DNA from: Candidatus Eiseniibacteriota bacterium
GTDB taxonomy: Bacteria > Eisenbacteria > RBG-16-71-46 > JABDJR01
Assembly: GCA_963762255.1 (NCBI GenBank)
Contig: CAVXKA010000002.1
Coordinates: 416,001 to 480,000 of the forward strand
Reading direction: 5' to 3'
DNA length: 64,000 nucleotides
This document shows, piece by piece, positions 19,537-29,700 of this stretch. The translations under genes and the position numbers were made by a program. Position 1 is the stretch's first letter, and every line of letters starts with the position of its first letter. The notes beneath the pieces are model-generated. The model saw only the letters and a program-made list of their open reading frames with translations, did no database searches and was not told the origin of the DNA.

Positions 19537-20438
19537 CCCGCGACCTCCGGAGTCTCGAGCACGCGGAGGTAGACGATCGAGTCGCCGCCACGGACCAACG
19601 CGAGCAGTCGCCCCCGGCCATCGAGCACGCGGAAACACTCCCCGGGGGCGGCACGCCGATCCGGATCGCGCCAGGAACCGCACATCACCTCCCGCGCCTG
19701 TCCGTCGGAGACGATGATCGCTCGCCAATCGGGGAGCGCGTCCGCGGGCCGGATCGCAGACTTGAGGATCTCTTCGCCGCCTCGCTCGATGAGGAGATCC
19801 AGAGGGAGCGCGTCGGCGAGGCGAAAGGGGCCGACATCGGTCCGCGTGAGCGATTCCAGGCACGCCCCCACTCCCAGCGTCTCGCCGAGATCATGGGCCA
19901 GGGTACGAACGTAGGTCCCCGAGGAACACGTCACGCGCAGCCGCGCGAAAGGAAAATGCCAGTCGAGCAACTCGAGCTCGTGGACTTCCCGCGTTCGGGC
20001 AACCCGCTCTCGGGTCTCGCCCCGCCGGGCGATGTCATAGAGCCGCTCACCGCCGCTCTTCACCGCTGAGTACATGGGAGGCACTTGATCGATCGTCCCC
20101 CGAAAGGGAGCCAGAGCTTCCCGAATCGCGTCGGCGGTGAGTGCTTCGGCATCGCGCTCGGCGAGCACGCGGCCGGTGCGATCCTGGGTGTCGGTGACCC
20201 GCCCGAAGCGGACGGTGGCGAGGTAGGTTTTCGATTGGGCCTGGATATACGTCAGAAGCCCGGTGGCTTTCTCCCAGGCCACGATCAGGAGACCGTCGGC
20301 GAACGGGTCGAGCGTACCCGCATGGCCTACTCGGCGCGTGCCCAGCGCCCGCACCACGGCATCCACCACCGCCCGCGAGGTGGGCCCGCAAGGTTTGGCG
20401 ACCAGGAGCACGCCGGAGTCAGGGCGAGACCGGCTCAA
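19533..20438 (-). CDS. truB: tRNA pseudouridine(55) synthase
   Basis: Motifs GHAGTLDP, QVPPMYSAVK and CSSGTYVRTL. Confidence 0.96.
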   Translation of the reverse strand: MSRSRPDSGVLLVAKPCGPTSRAVVDAVVRALGTRRVGHAGTLDPFADGLLIVAWEKATGLLTYIQAQSKTYLATVRFGRVTDTQDRTGRVLAERDAEALTADAIREALAPFRGTIDQVPPMYSAVKSGGERLYDIARRGETRERVARTREVHELELLDWHFPFARLRVTCSSGTYVRTLAHDLGETLGVGACLESLTRTDVGPFRLADALPLDLLIERGGEEILKSAIRPADALPDWRAIIVSDGQAREVMCGSWRDPDRRAAPGECFRVLDGRGRLLALVRGGDSIVYLRVLETPEVAG

Positions 20439-20809
20439 TCGTCCTCGACGTCCCCGCGCGGAGCATCACCGGTCTCCAGCTCGCGCAGCAGCTTGGCGAT
20501 CCGAATGGCCTCCTCTGCCGAGCGATCGGGACGGAAGTACAGCTCGGGGGTGTGGCGCAGGCGGATTCTCCGGCCCAGCTCCGTGCGCAGGAATCCCTTC
20601 GCGCGATCCAGGGTCTCGAGGGTCGAATCCAGCGCATCGTCCTCGAGGGTGGACACGAACACCCGTGCCGAGCGCAGATCCTCGGCGACTTCCACGCGCG
20701 TCAAGGTCATGAAGCCGTGACGGGGGTCCTTCATCTCGGTCTGGATGATGTCGGAGAGCTCGATCTGAATGCGGTCGGCGACACGGTGGCTTCTCGGGTT
20801 CACACCCAT
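20435..20809 (-). CDS. rbfA: Ribosome-binding factor A
   Basis: RVADRI...KDPR...DLRSARVFVS...LRHTPELYF. Confidence 0.95.
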   Translation of the reverse strand: MGVNPRSHRVADRIQIELSDIIQTEMKDPRHGFMTLTRVEVAEDLRSARVFVSTLEDDALDSTLETLDRAKGFLRTELGRRIRLRHTPELYFRPDRSAEEAIRIAKLLRELETGDAPRGDVEDD

Positions 20810-21105
20810 GGGGAGGCTCCTTCGGCGGGCCGCACGTCCCGTCCCACGCGCAGAAGAGTGGCTCGCGGTTCGCGCAACACAACCGCCTCGATCTTGCCGG
20901 CAAGATTGTCGAGGTAGCCACCGTCGCCCGACACCGCGGCGGCGAGCAACACCGCGCGCTGCCAGAGGTCTTGTCCGTCGACTTCCGCCACCGAGAGATT
21001 GAGTTGAGAGAGCCGCGTCTTGAGGTGGTTGAGCACCGAACGCTTGGCTTTCAACGACTGGGAGCCGGGTAGGAAGAGCTCGATCCGATACACCCCGACA
21101 AACAA
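20800..21105 (-). CDS. DUF503 (YlxP) family protein
   Basis: SLKAKRSVL...NLSVAEVDGQDLWQR, in the usual position between infB and rbfA. Confidence 0.9.
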   Translation of the reverse strand: MFVGVYRIELFLPGSQSLKAKRSVLNHLKTRLSQLNLSVAEVDGQDLWQRAVLLAAAVSGDGGYLDNLAGKIEAVVLREPRATLLRVGRDVRPAEGASPWV

Positions 21106-21153
21106 GATCTCACCCCCTCGCGGGATGCGTCCGCACGCGGCGGACGATCGCGA

Positions 21154-23475
21154 TCAAATCCGGCGGGAGACGAGTTCGATGGCGAAGGACTCGATGATGT
21201 CTCCCTCTCGGACGTCGTCGTGGCCCTCCAAGCCGATGCCGCACTCGAAACCGTTGGCCACTTCGCGCACGTCGTCCTTGAACCGCTTCAGGCTCGCGAT
21301 GCGCCCCTCGAACACGACCTCGCCGTCGCGCTTCAGGCGCACGCGGTGGGCGCGTGCGATGCTGCCGCTCACGACGTGACATCCGGCGATGGTGCCGGCC
21401 CTGGTGACGCGGAAGGTCTGGCGCACCTCCGCCTGTCCGTGCACCTTCTCCACTTCCTCCGGCTTGAGGAGCCCGGAAAGCGCGCTCTTCACGTCCTCCA
21501 CCGCCTCGTAGACGATGTTGTAGAGTCGGATGTCCACCTTCGCCGATTGGGCCGCCTGCTGGGCTTTCGCATCCACGCGCACGTTGAACCCGATGATGAC
21601 CGCCTTGGAGGCGTCGGCGAGGTGCACGTCGGACTCGTTGATCTGGCCCACACCCGAGTGGAGCACCATCGACTTCACCTCGGCGGTGCCGAGCCGGCCG
21701 AGCTGATCGGCCAGCACTTCCACGGACCCAGCTACGTCGGCCTTGATGATGAGGCGCAGCTCGGAGACGCCCTCTCGGTCCATCATCTCCGTAAAGTTCT
21801 CCAGGGTGATCGGCGCGCGCATCTGTTGCTCGGCTTCGCGGGCCACGAGCTGCCGCCGCTGTCCGATCTCCTTGGCCTGGGCTTCGCTCTCGGTGGCGGT
21901 GAAGAAATCTCCGGCCATCGGCGGCCCCGACCATCCCGTGATCTCCACCGGCGAGGAGGGACCCGCTTCCTTCACCCGCTTCCCCCGCTCGTTGGTCATG
22001 GAGCGCACGCGGCCGAACTCCTTGCCGCAGACGAAGGGATCCTTCTCGCGCAGCGTGCCGGTCTGCACCAGCACGGTAGCCACGATGCCCCGCCCCTGCT
22101 CCACCTTGGACTCGATCACCACCCCGCGGGCGCGGCGATTGGGATTGGCCTTGAGTTCGAGGACGTCGGCCTGGAGCAGGAGGAGTTCGAGCAGCGTCTC
22201 GATCCCGATCCCCTTCTTGGCCGAGATCTCCGCGCTGGGAACCTGGCCGCCGAACTCTTCGATGAGCACTCCCCGGCCGGCCAACTGCTGCTTGACCAGT
22301 ATCGTGTTCGCCTCGGGCTTGTCGATCTTGTTGATGGCCACCACGATCGGCACCTTGGCCGCGTTAGCGTGATCGATGGCCTCTATCGTCTGCGGCATGA
22401 CCTGGTCGTCCGCCGCCACGACCAGCACGACGATATCGGTGGCCTTTGCGCCGCGGGCACGCATGGCGGTGAAGGCCTGGTGGCCCGGAGTGTCCAGGAA
22501 GGTCACCTTGCGCCCGCCGGGGAGCTCGACCTCGTAGGCGCCGATGTGCTGGGTGATGCCCCCCTTCTCGCCCGCAACGACGTTGGCCTTGCGAATGTGG
22601 TCGAGGAGCGAGGTCTTTCCGTGATCGACGTGGCCCATGACCGTGATGACCGGAGCGCGCGGCTCCAGATCCTCGGGGCGATCGACTTCTTCCTCCTCGG
22701 CGATCTCCTCCGCTCCGATCTCGCTCTCGAACTCCACGGCGAAACCGAACTCAAGCGCCACCATCTCCAACGTGTCGCGGTCGAGTCGCTGGTTCTGGGT
22801 GGCCATCACGCCGAGTCCGAGCAGCTTGTTGATGACCGCCGCGGGCTTCACCTTGAGCTTCTCGGCGAGCTCGGCCACGCTCGCCATCTCGGGGATGCGC
22901 AGCGCCTCTTCGTGCTCCTTGGTGGCGACACCGGCAGGAGGAGGCGACGCCGGCTGCAACTCGACCTGCTTCTTCCGGAACCGCTTGACCTTGCCCCCCG
23001 CTTCCAGCTCGGCCAGCGTCTTCTTCACGCTGTCCTGAACCGCCTTCTGATCCACGTCCCGCCGGCGCACCCGATCCGGCTTGGGAGGCTCCGGCGTCGC
23101 TACGGCCGCGGGAGGCGGAGGAGGAGGCGGCGCGACTTCCGGCTTGGGAGGGGGAGGCGCGGGCTTGGGCGTCAACGTCAGTTCGGGAACCACCACCTTG
23201 GGAGGAGCCGGAGGGGGGGCCGGTGCGGCCGGGCGCTTGGGGTCGCGCGTCTCGCGCTCCAACGCCGCCTTGACCTCTTGCTTGCGCGCGTCCTCCTGTT
23301 GAACCACCTTCTTCTCATCCGCAAACTTCTGCTTGATCAGATCGACCACGGAATCGTCGAGCGTGCTCATGTGGCTCCGAGCGGCCACACCCAAGCTATC
23401 GAGGATCCCGATCAGGGCCTCGCTCGACACGTTGAAATCCTTGGCAACCTGATAAACGCGCAGCTTCTGGGTCAA
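21154..23475 (-). CDS. infB: Translation initiation factor IF-2
   Basis: Motifs [24 protein letters not shown] and SLKRFKDDV...ECGI. Confidence 0.98.
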   Translation of the reverse strand: MTQKLRVYQVAKDFNVSSEALIGILDSLGVAARSHMSTLDDSVVDLIKQKFADEKKVVQQEDARKQEVKAALERETRDPKRPAAPAPPPAPPKVVVPELTLTPKPAPPPPKPEVAPPPPPPPAAVATPEPPKPDRVRRRDVDQKAVQDSVKKTLAELEAGGKVKRFRKKQVELQPASPPPAGVATKEHEEALRIPEMASVAELAEKLKVKPAAVINKLLGLGVMATQNQRLDRDTLEMVALEFGFAVEFESEIGAEEIAEEEEVDRPEDLEPRAPVITVMGHVDHGKTSLLDHIRKANVVAGEKGGITQHIGAYEVELPGGRKVTFLDTPGHQAFTAMRARGAKATDIVVLVVAADDQVMPQTIEAIDHANAAKVPIVVAINKIDKPEANTILVKQQLAGRGVLIEEFGGQVPSAEISAKKGIGIETLLELLLLQADVLELKANPNRRARGVVIESKVEQGRGIVATVLVQTGTLREKDPFVCGKEFGRVRSMTNERGKRVKEAGPSSPVEITGWSGPPMAGDFFTATESEAQAKEIGQRRQLVAREAEQQMRAPITLENFTEMMDREGVSELRLIIKADVAGSVEVLADQLGRLGTAEVKSMVLHSGVGQINESDVHLADASKAVIIGFNVRVDAKAQQAAQSAKVDIRLYNIVYEAVEDVKSALSGLLKPEEVEKVHGQAEVRQTFRVTRAGTIAGCHVVSGSIARAHRVRLKRDGEVVFEGRIASLKRFKDDVREVANGFECGIGLEGHDDVREGDIIESFAIELVSRRI

Positions 23476-23530
23476 ATCTCTCCCCCGATCCTACGTACAA
23501 AACCTCGGCGGGGCCGGCCCGAAAATGGCC

Positions 23531-25051
23531 TTAGGCCTCGGTCGGCTCCTCCGCCGTGGTGCGATCCGAACCGCTCTCCGCGCCCTCGTCCGGGTTCTCG
23601 TCCGGCGATTGGGCCGCCAGTTCGTCGTCCGGCTGCTCCTGCGCGGTATCGGTGTCCGGCTGTTCCGTCGCAGTCTCGGCGTCCGGATCCTTCGCCTCTT
23701 CGACTCCACCCTTCTCTTCCCCCGCGGTCGCGAACGCTTCGACGATTTCGTTCCCCGGGTCCTCCCCGTCTCCCCCCTCCGCTACGGCCTTCGCCGCCGC
23801 AGACGATCGCGCGTTGGCCAGCGCGGCAAGGGCCACACCATAGACCCGCTCGGCCGCGCTCTCGGCGAGGCCCGCGACGTCGGCCAGCCCCTCGAGGCCG
23901 CCCGATTCGATATCGAGCGCCGTGTCGATACCCGCGGCGTGCAGAGCCTCGGCCAGCGCCTCGTTCATTCCCTCGAAGTCCTCGATCGGAACATCCGCCT
24001 CGGCGGCCGCCGTCTTCGCCCTGAACTCGCTCTCGGCGTGCAGCTCGATCTTCCAGCCGGTGAGCTTGTGGGCAAGCCGCACGTTTTGTCCCTGCTTGCC
24101 GATAGCCAGGGAGAGCTGGTCGTCCGCCACCACCACCGTGACCTTGTGCAGATCGTGATCCACTCGCGCGTCGAGGGCCTTGGCCGGTCCCAGGCTGCGC
24201 GAGACGAACACGACCGGGTCCTGCGACCACGGCACGATATCGATGCGCTCGCCGCCCAGTTCCTTGACGATGGACTGCACGCGCGAGCCCTTGATCCCGA
24301 CGCAGGCGCCCACGGCGTCGATGCGCGGATCGTTGCTGGCCACCGCGATCTTCGAGCGAAAGCCGGCTTCGCGCGCGACCGCTCTCACTTCGACCACTCT
24401 CTCCGCGATCTCGGGCACCTCCGCCGCAAACAATTTGACCAGGAAGTCGGGATGGGTGCGGCTCAAGATCACTTGGGGCCCGCGAGCCTCCTTGTCCACC
24501 TTGATCACCAGCGCCCGCACCATTTCGCGCTGACGGAAACGGTCGCGGTGCATCAACTCGCGAGCCGGAATGACGGCCTCGGCGGTGTCGAGTTTCAGCA
24601 CGATGTTGCCGCGGTCGATCTGCTGGACGATTCCGCGCACCACCAAACCGACACGGTCGGCGAAGTCGGTGTAAACCCGTTCGCGTTCGGCCTCGCGCAC
24701 CCCCTGGATGAGCACTTGCTTGGCCGACTGGATGGCGTTGCGCCCGAACTCCGCGATGTCGAGAGGGATGACGATGTCGTCACCCACCGATGCGTCCGCC
24801 TTGTAGGCGCGCGCCTCGGTCGCGGTCATCTCCAGGCCGCGGTCGGAGACGTTGCCGACCACGGTCTTGGTCATGATCATTTCGATGCCCCCCCGGGCGC
24901 GATCGAAATTGACGAGGATCAGAGCGTTGGCCCCGTGCTTTCGCTTGGCCGCTGAAAGCAGGCTCGCTTCCAGGCGATCCACGAGAATCTGGAGGTCGAC
25001 TCCCTTCTCGCGCGCGATCTGGCTCAACGCTTCTACGATGTCGTAGTTCAT
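23531..25051 (-). CDS. nusA: Transcription termination/antitermination factor NusA
   Basis: Motifs [29 protein letters not shown] and [12 protein letters not shown], plus a long acidic tail. Confidence 0.97.
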   Translation of the reverse strand: MNYDIVEALSQIAREKGVDLQILVDRLEASLLSAAKRKHGANALILVNFDRARGGIEMIMTKTVVGNVSDRGLEMTATEARAYKADASVGDDIVIPLDIAEFGRNAIQSAKQVLIQGVREAERERVYTDFADRVGLVVRGIVQQIDRGNIVLKLDTAEAVIPARELMHRDRFRQREMVRALVIKVDKEARGPQVILSRTHPDFLVKLFAAEVPEIAERVVEVRAVAREAGFRSKIAVASNDPRIDAVGACVGIKGSRVQSIVKELGGERIDIVPWSQDPVVFVSRSLGPAKALDARVDHDLHKVTVVVADDQLSLAIGKQGQNVRLAHKLTGWKIELHAESEFRAKTAAAEADVPIEDFEGMNEALAEALHAAGIDTALDIESGGLEGLADVAGLAESAAERVYGVALAALANARSSAAAKAVAEGGDGEDPGNEIVEAFATAGEEKGGVEEAKDPDAETATEQPDTDTAQEQPDDELAAQSPDENPDEGAESGSDRTTAEEPTEA

Positions 25052-25590
25052 TCCTGGCCTCTTCGGAGTTCGTCCGATTCACGGCGCATGTCCGGCCCCT
25101 TGCCGGCCCGCTCCCCACCGGTCTCCCGCCGCCACGGGTCCCGTTTGAGATGCGCTTTCTTCACCGCGCCGAGCGGAAGCGCGAACGTGCTTCCGTCCTC
25201 CATGCGCAGCAAAATTTCCTGGCGGGCGTCGTCGAAGCCTTCGAGAACGCCCTCATGGTTGTGCCGCCCATCGACCTTCTCGTGAGTGGACAGCATCGCC
25301 GTTTCGCCCGCGAAGCGACGATAGTCCTCGGCCCGGCGCAACGGTCGATCCACCCCCGGGCTCGACACTTCGAGGACATAACGCCCGGGAAACGTCCCGT
25401 GCGCTTCGAAGTGATCCCCCACCGCCCGACTCACGCGCGCACAATCCTCGATCGAGACACCGCCTTCTTTGTCGACGAATATGCGGACGAGCAAACCCCG
25501 GGACGACCCCGTACATTGGACGTCCACAACCTCGTATTCAGTCGCCTGGAGGAGGGCTTCCACCTCCGCGAGAAGTTCGGTGCTTCGCAA
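25048..25590 (-). CDS. rimP: Ribosome maturation factor RimP
   Basis: Motifs DKEGGVSIEDC and YVLEVSSPGVDRPL. AAGGAG RBS before TTG 25590; alternative ATG at 25629. Confidence 0.95.
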   Translation of the reverse strand: MRSTELLAEVEALLQATEYEVVDVQCTGSSRGLLVRIFVDKEGGVSIEDCARVSRAVGDHFEAHGTFPGRYVLEVSSPGVDRPLRRAEDYRRFAGETAMLSTHEKVDGRHNHEGVLEGFDDARQEILLRMEDGSTFALPLGAVKKAHLKRDPWRRETGGERAGKGPDMRRESDELRRGQE

Positions 25591-25675
25591 CCCGCTCCTT
25601 GTCTCTAACCGGGTAAAAGGCAAAGACATGCCTATCGGACCCCGGAGGGTCCGCGGCACATCCCCATCCAGCCCC

Positions 25676-25709
25676 AAAACGAACCGAGTGGGCAAGGCCT
25701 GCCCACTCG
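25676..25709 (-). terminator. rimP-leader hairpin / attenuator-like terminator
   Basis: Perfect 10-bp stem CGAGTGGGCA-GGCCT-TGCCCACTCG followed by GTTCGTTTT on the minus strand. Confidence 0.7.
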
Positions 25710-25718
25710 TAGCGGGTT

Positions 25719-25747
25719 ACCATACACCACCCCCCGCCAAACCGCAA
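25719..25747 (-). promoter_or_regulatory. Putative sigma70 promoter of the rimP-nusA-infB operon
   Basis: TTGCGG (25747-25742), 17-nt spacer, TATGGT (25724-25719). Confidence 0.6.
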
Positions 25748-25823
25748 GGGTACGGGGCGCGAGGGCCCGACGTCTCAGGTAAGACGCGAACAAACGTGGA
25801 ACAAATCGTTTATAGCAAATGTG

Positions 25824-26783
25824 TTAGGGGTTCATGACGAGGGAGAGCATAACTCGTCCCACCGATCCCAATGATGCTGCCGACACGCGGGAAACGTCGT
25901 CCCCAGCGGTGTGCCAATATGGATAGTCGAAGTCGATGACATCCACGGTGGGAAGCCCCGCTTCGATCAGAGGAATGTGGTCGTCGATCACGTTCGGTCC
26001 GAGTCGAGCCGCGAAGACGCCCGGCTCGAGTCGGCGTCCCCGCTCCCAGACCCAGTCCACGACTTCCGGTGCGAGCCGGAACGAATTCTGCTCGATCGGG
26101 ATGCCGAGGTCGACGTCCCCCACCATGTCGAGCACGATTCCTCGTTCATAGCTCCCAAGTCCGCGTTCGGCGAAACGCCGAGTCCCCCGGCAGAATCCCT
26201 CGGGGTTGTCCGAACGACCGAGATCCTCCCCGTCCGCGAAAAGCAGATCGACACCGCCGGGTGGTGAACGCCGGGAGAAGACCCGGGCCAGTTCGAGAAG
26301 CACCGCCACACCCGACGCGCCGTCGTTGGCTCCAGGGAAGGGTTGCAGGCGGCGGGCGGGGTCCGCGTCTTCGTCCGCCCAGGGCCGCGTGTCCCAGTGG
26401 GCCACCAGCAAGAGGCGCGCGCCGCCTTCAGGTCCGAAGCGTCCGAGGATATTCTCGAGCGGCCAGTCCAACCCGGCGGGATCTCGGTAAGTGAACGCAT
26501 CCCGCTCGACCCTTCCACCACAGGCGGCGAGCCGGGCGGCCAGCCAGTCGGCGCACGCCCGATGAGCATCCGTCCCCGGCACTCGCGGGCCGAACGCCAA
26601 TTGAGAGGTCAGGGCCACCCACGCCGAGTCCGGCTCGAATTCCACCGGCAACGCAGGGGAACTCCCCTCCCGCTCGGAAAGGGGCGCGCTCCTTGCCGGC
26701 GGGGCGGGAGCGGGCCGCGCACCGCAACCGACGAGGACGGCCAGAAGCGCGGCCGACGCGACGCGCTTCGCAATCCAACCCAT
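25824..26783 (-). CDS. M28-family lipoprotein, glutaminyl-cyclase-like
   Basis: Lipobox LVGC. Motifs FGPRVPGT, AHWDTRP, GANDGASG, DGEDLG, LDMVG, DDHIP and WHT. TGATG overlap with sprA. Confidence 0.85.
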   Translation of the reverse strand: MGWIAKRVASAALLAVLVGCGARPAPAPPARSAPLSEREGSSPALPVEFEPDSAWVALTSQLAFGPRVPGTDAHRACADWLAARLAACGGRVERDAFTYRDPAGLDWPLENILGRFGPEGGARLLLVAHWDTRPWADEDADPARRLQPFPGANDGASGVAVLLELARVFSRRSPPGGVDLLFADGEDLGRSDNPEGFCRGTRRFAERGLGSYERGIVLDMVGDVDLGIPIEQNSFRLAPEVVDWVWERGRRLEPGVFAARLGPNVIDDHIPLIEAGLPTVDVIDFDYPYWHTAGDDVSRVSAASLGSVGRVMLSLVMNP

Positions 26784-29700
26784 CAGAACGAGAACCCGGA
26801 GGTGAAGGAGAGTCCGATCGAGCGCCGGGTGTAGTTGGCCACGAGGTTTCGCTGCTGACCCAGATTGACGCCCAGGGTTCCGGTGATGGTGCTCGTCATC
26901 CGGAACGTGCCCCCCATTCGCAGTTGCAGGTTGTCCGTCTTCTGCGGCTGCGGCGGGGTCAATCCCGAGGACAATCGGGTCACCTGATCCTGGCGGGTGT
27001 AGTTGGCGTCGATACTCAGATCGATGTCGCGGGGCTTTCCTCCCTTCGTCTTGCGGAGGAACTTCTTGGCCAGGGTGAGCCGATAGGTGAGGCTCGAACG
27101 ATCGGTGGTGAACGCGGAGCCGCCCGCCTGCCGATTCACGGTCTGGCCCGAACTCTTGTCGAGGCTCATGCTCGTCCGCCAATCGCCGCGGATCGTACCG
27201 TTCAGACTCACCAGCGGCCGCCAGTTGATGGTCGTGGTCGCCGACTCCTTCGGATTGGACTCGTTTCCCGCGTCGGTGGTGGTGCGACTGTAGTTCGTCG
27301 AGGCGGTCTTGAAATCGGTGAAGATCTTGTTAACGAGAGGGAGCTTCTTCTGGATGTCGTTCCAGTTGAAGCGCACGTCGGGCCAGGTCGTCTCTTCCTG
27401 GATGCGGCCCAGGCCGTTGTTGGTCTGGCTACGATCCAGGCGCTTCTGATACGTGAAGTCCATGGAGAGCTGCTTGCCGATTCCGAGCGACGTGTTGCCG
27501 CGATAGGTCTGGGTGTCTCCCCTGTTGTCGTTGAGAGGCGCCCGCGAGACCTTGAACAGGTTTCGATCCATCCCGGCATCGCGGGTGAGGCCGAATCGGT
27601 AGCCCAGAGGCGGGGTCCCGTGAACGCCGCTCAACGCACTCCGCTTGCCGAACGTGGCCGACGCCTGAATGTCGTTCAGGCTGATCATGCGCGTGAAGAG
27701 AGTCCCGAACTGGGCCCGCGCGCCGGGCTTGTCCTTCGGCGGCCCCGCGGCCCGAGCCCCGGTCGAATCGGGGGGCGCCCCCGCCTTCCCCATCTGCTGT
27801 CGACGCTCCGCCTCCCGGACTTCCTCGCGCTGCCTGGCGGCCTCCGCGCCTGCCGAGGACACCGGCGTGCCGGCGAGCTTCCTCACCCACTGCTGCAGGG
27901 GCACGGTCAACGAGAGGTTCGCGGTACTCGAGTTGCTCACATCGACGACGGTGCTGTCGTAGTCGGAGCGGGTCAAGTTGGGATCGGCGTTGTAGCTGTA
28001 GCTCCCGGTCCAGTTGAGTCGCGGACGGAAGGCCTCCACGAACGGAGGGTTGTAGCTGAAATTGACCGTGTTGGTCTGCCGGGTCTCCCGGCCCAGGTCG
28101 ATGCCGAACACCGTGGTCGGGCGACGCTGCAGGCGCACCAACTCGCTGTCGTGCTGAAAATGGTCGTTCACGAGGTCCCGGCCGGAGGTCCACGTGTAGG
28201 TGAGGAGGCGGATAGGCTGAATGTTCGACGTCAGTTGCAAGACCCCGGTCTGGGTCGAGGTCACCGGGTTCGGCTCGAGCACGTTGGGATCGGTGAGGTC
28301 GCGGGTGGAAAGCGTTCGCTCCGACTTGCTGCCGGAGAGATTCACCTGGAACGTGCGGGGCCACGGATACAACTCCGCCCGCCGGAACACCCGCAGCGGT
28401 GCGAGTTGGCTGAGGTTGAAGTCGTACGTGGCGGCTCCGTTCGTCGATCTCGAGTCCGACACCTGGGTCACGTTGGTATCGTGAGAGCGTGAGACACCGC
28501 CGTTGACCCGGACCGCATCCAGGGTGTAGCGCAGGAGCGTCGGGCTCATCCCACGAGTGTCTCGGGCGAGGGAAATCGAGACGTCGCGCTGCCAGTTCTC
28601 CGCGACCTCGGGGCCCGTGTCCGCGATGAATTCCACGTCGTTGTTGGGTTTGAACTTCGGGGTGCGCTTGCCCCGCTTGTAGTTGAACCTGAGCGGCGCC
28701 TGGATCCGCGCCCCCTCGAAGAGCTTGTTGAGGTTCACCTGGGTCCCCACGGTATAGGCGAGATCCCCGGTCCCGGTGCCGCGGGCCTGGCCCAGGCGAA
28801 GGAAGTCGGCCGACGTCTGGCTCACCGACGCCGACACGCTGGCCAGATCGGCCAGGACCAGGTTCGCGGAGGCGCGCGCGGCATAGCCGGTCTCGCGGCG
28901 CACGTCACCCATGCGCAACTCGTCCATCCAGACGCTTCCCCGGGGCACCTCGCGGCCGGTGACGTTGCGCAGCCCCATGCTCACCCGCCGCACTCGGGAG
29001 AAGGACGGGTTTCCGCGTATCGTCAATTCGAGCCCGTTACCGATCTGCTCCCGGGGCTTCTCCGGGCCCCCCACGAGATAGCATCCTTCCCCCGCCGGCT
29101 CGCAGGCCGGGTACTTGAGCTTCACGTTGCTGAGGTCCGTGAGATCGAGGCGGAAGTCCAGCCAGCCGTCCTCGCGTCGGCGCGGATCGAACTGGGTCAA
29201 GAGGGTCGATACTTCGTAGTAGGAGAGGGAATCGTTCGAGGCGTCGCTCCCGAATCGCACGAAGTACTCCACGGTGTCGCTGGGAATCGTCTCGAAGCGC
29301 GGGTTCGCGTAGAACGCGATGGTCTGGTAGAGCGTGTAGTCGCGCGCGTCGAGGAGGGGGCGAAAGGCCAGAAACTCATCCCCGGCGCGGAGGTTCTGGA
29401 AGTCGAATGAAATGCTCTGCTCGCGCTCGGTGATCCCGTTGGTGCGGCGGACCGCCACCGGAGACACGTAGTCGGCGTTGTCCTTGTTGTTGACCACCGA
29501 GACGTTGAACATCTGGTCGGCCTCGAGACTATCCTTCTCCGCCTCCGACACCTCCCACCGGTTTCCCACGATTTCCATGCTGGCGATCTGCACGTTCAGG
29601 GTGTCGCCGGGGTCGATGCCGCGCATCCAGATACGCGCATGCTGGATGGCGGTGAGGTCCGCCCCGTTCCCCTGCTTCAGGCTCGTCTCGTCGAGCGGGA

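Noticed and set aside
23095-23235. GGAGG/CCG-rich quasi-repeats in infB
   Set aside because: They encode the Pro-rich IF-2 linker and are not a DNA repeat element.
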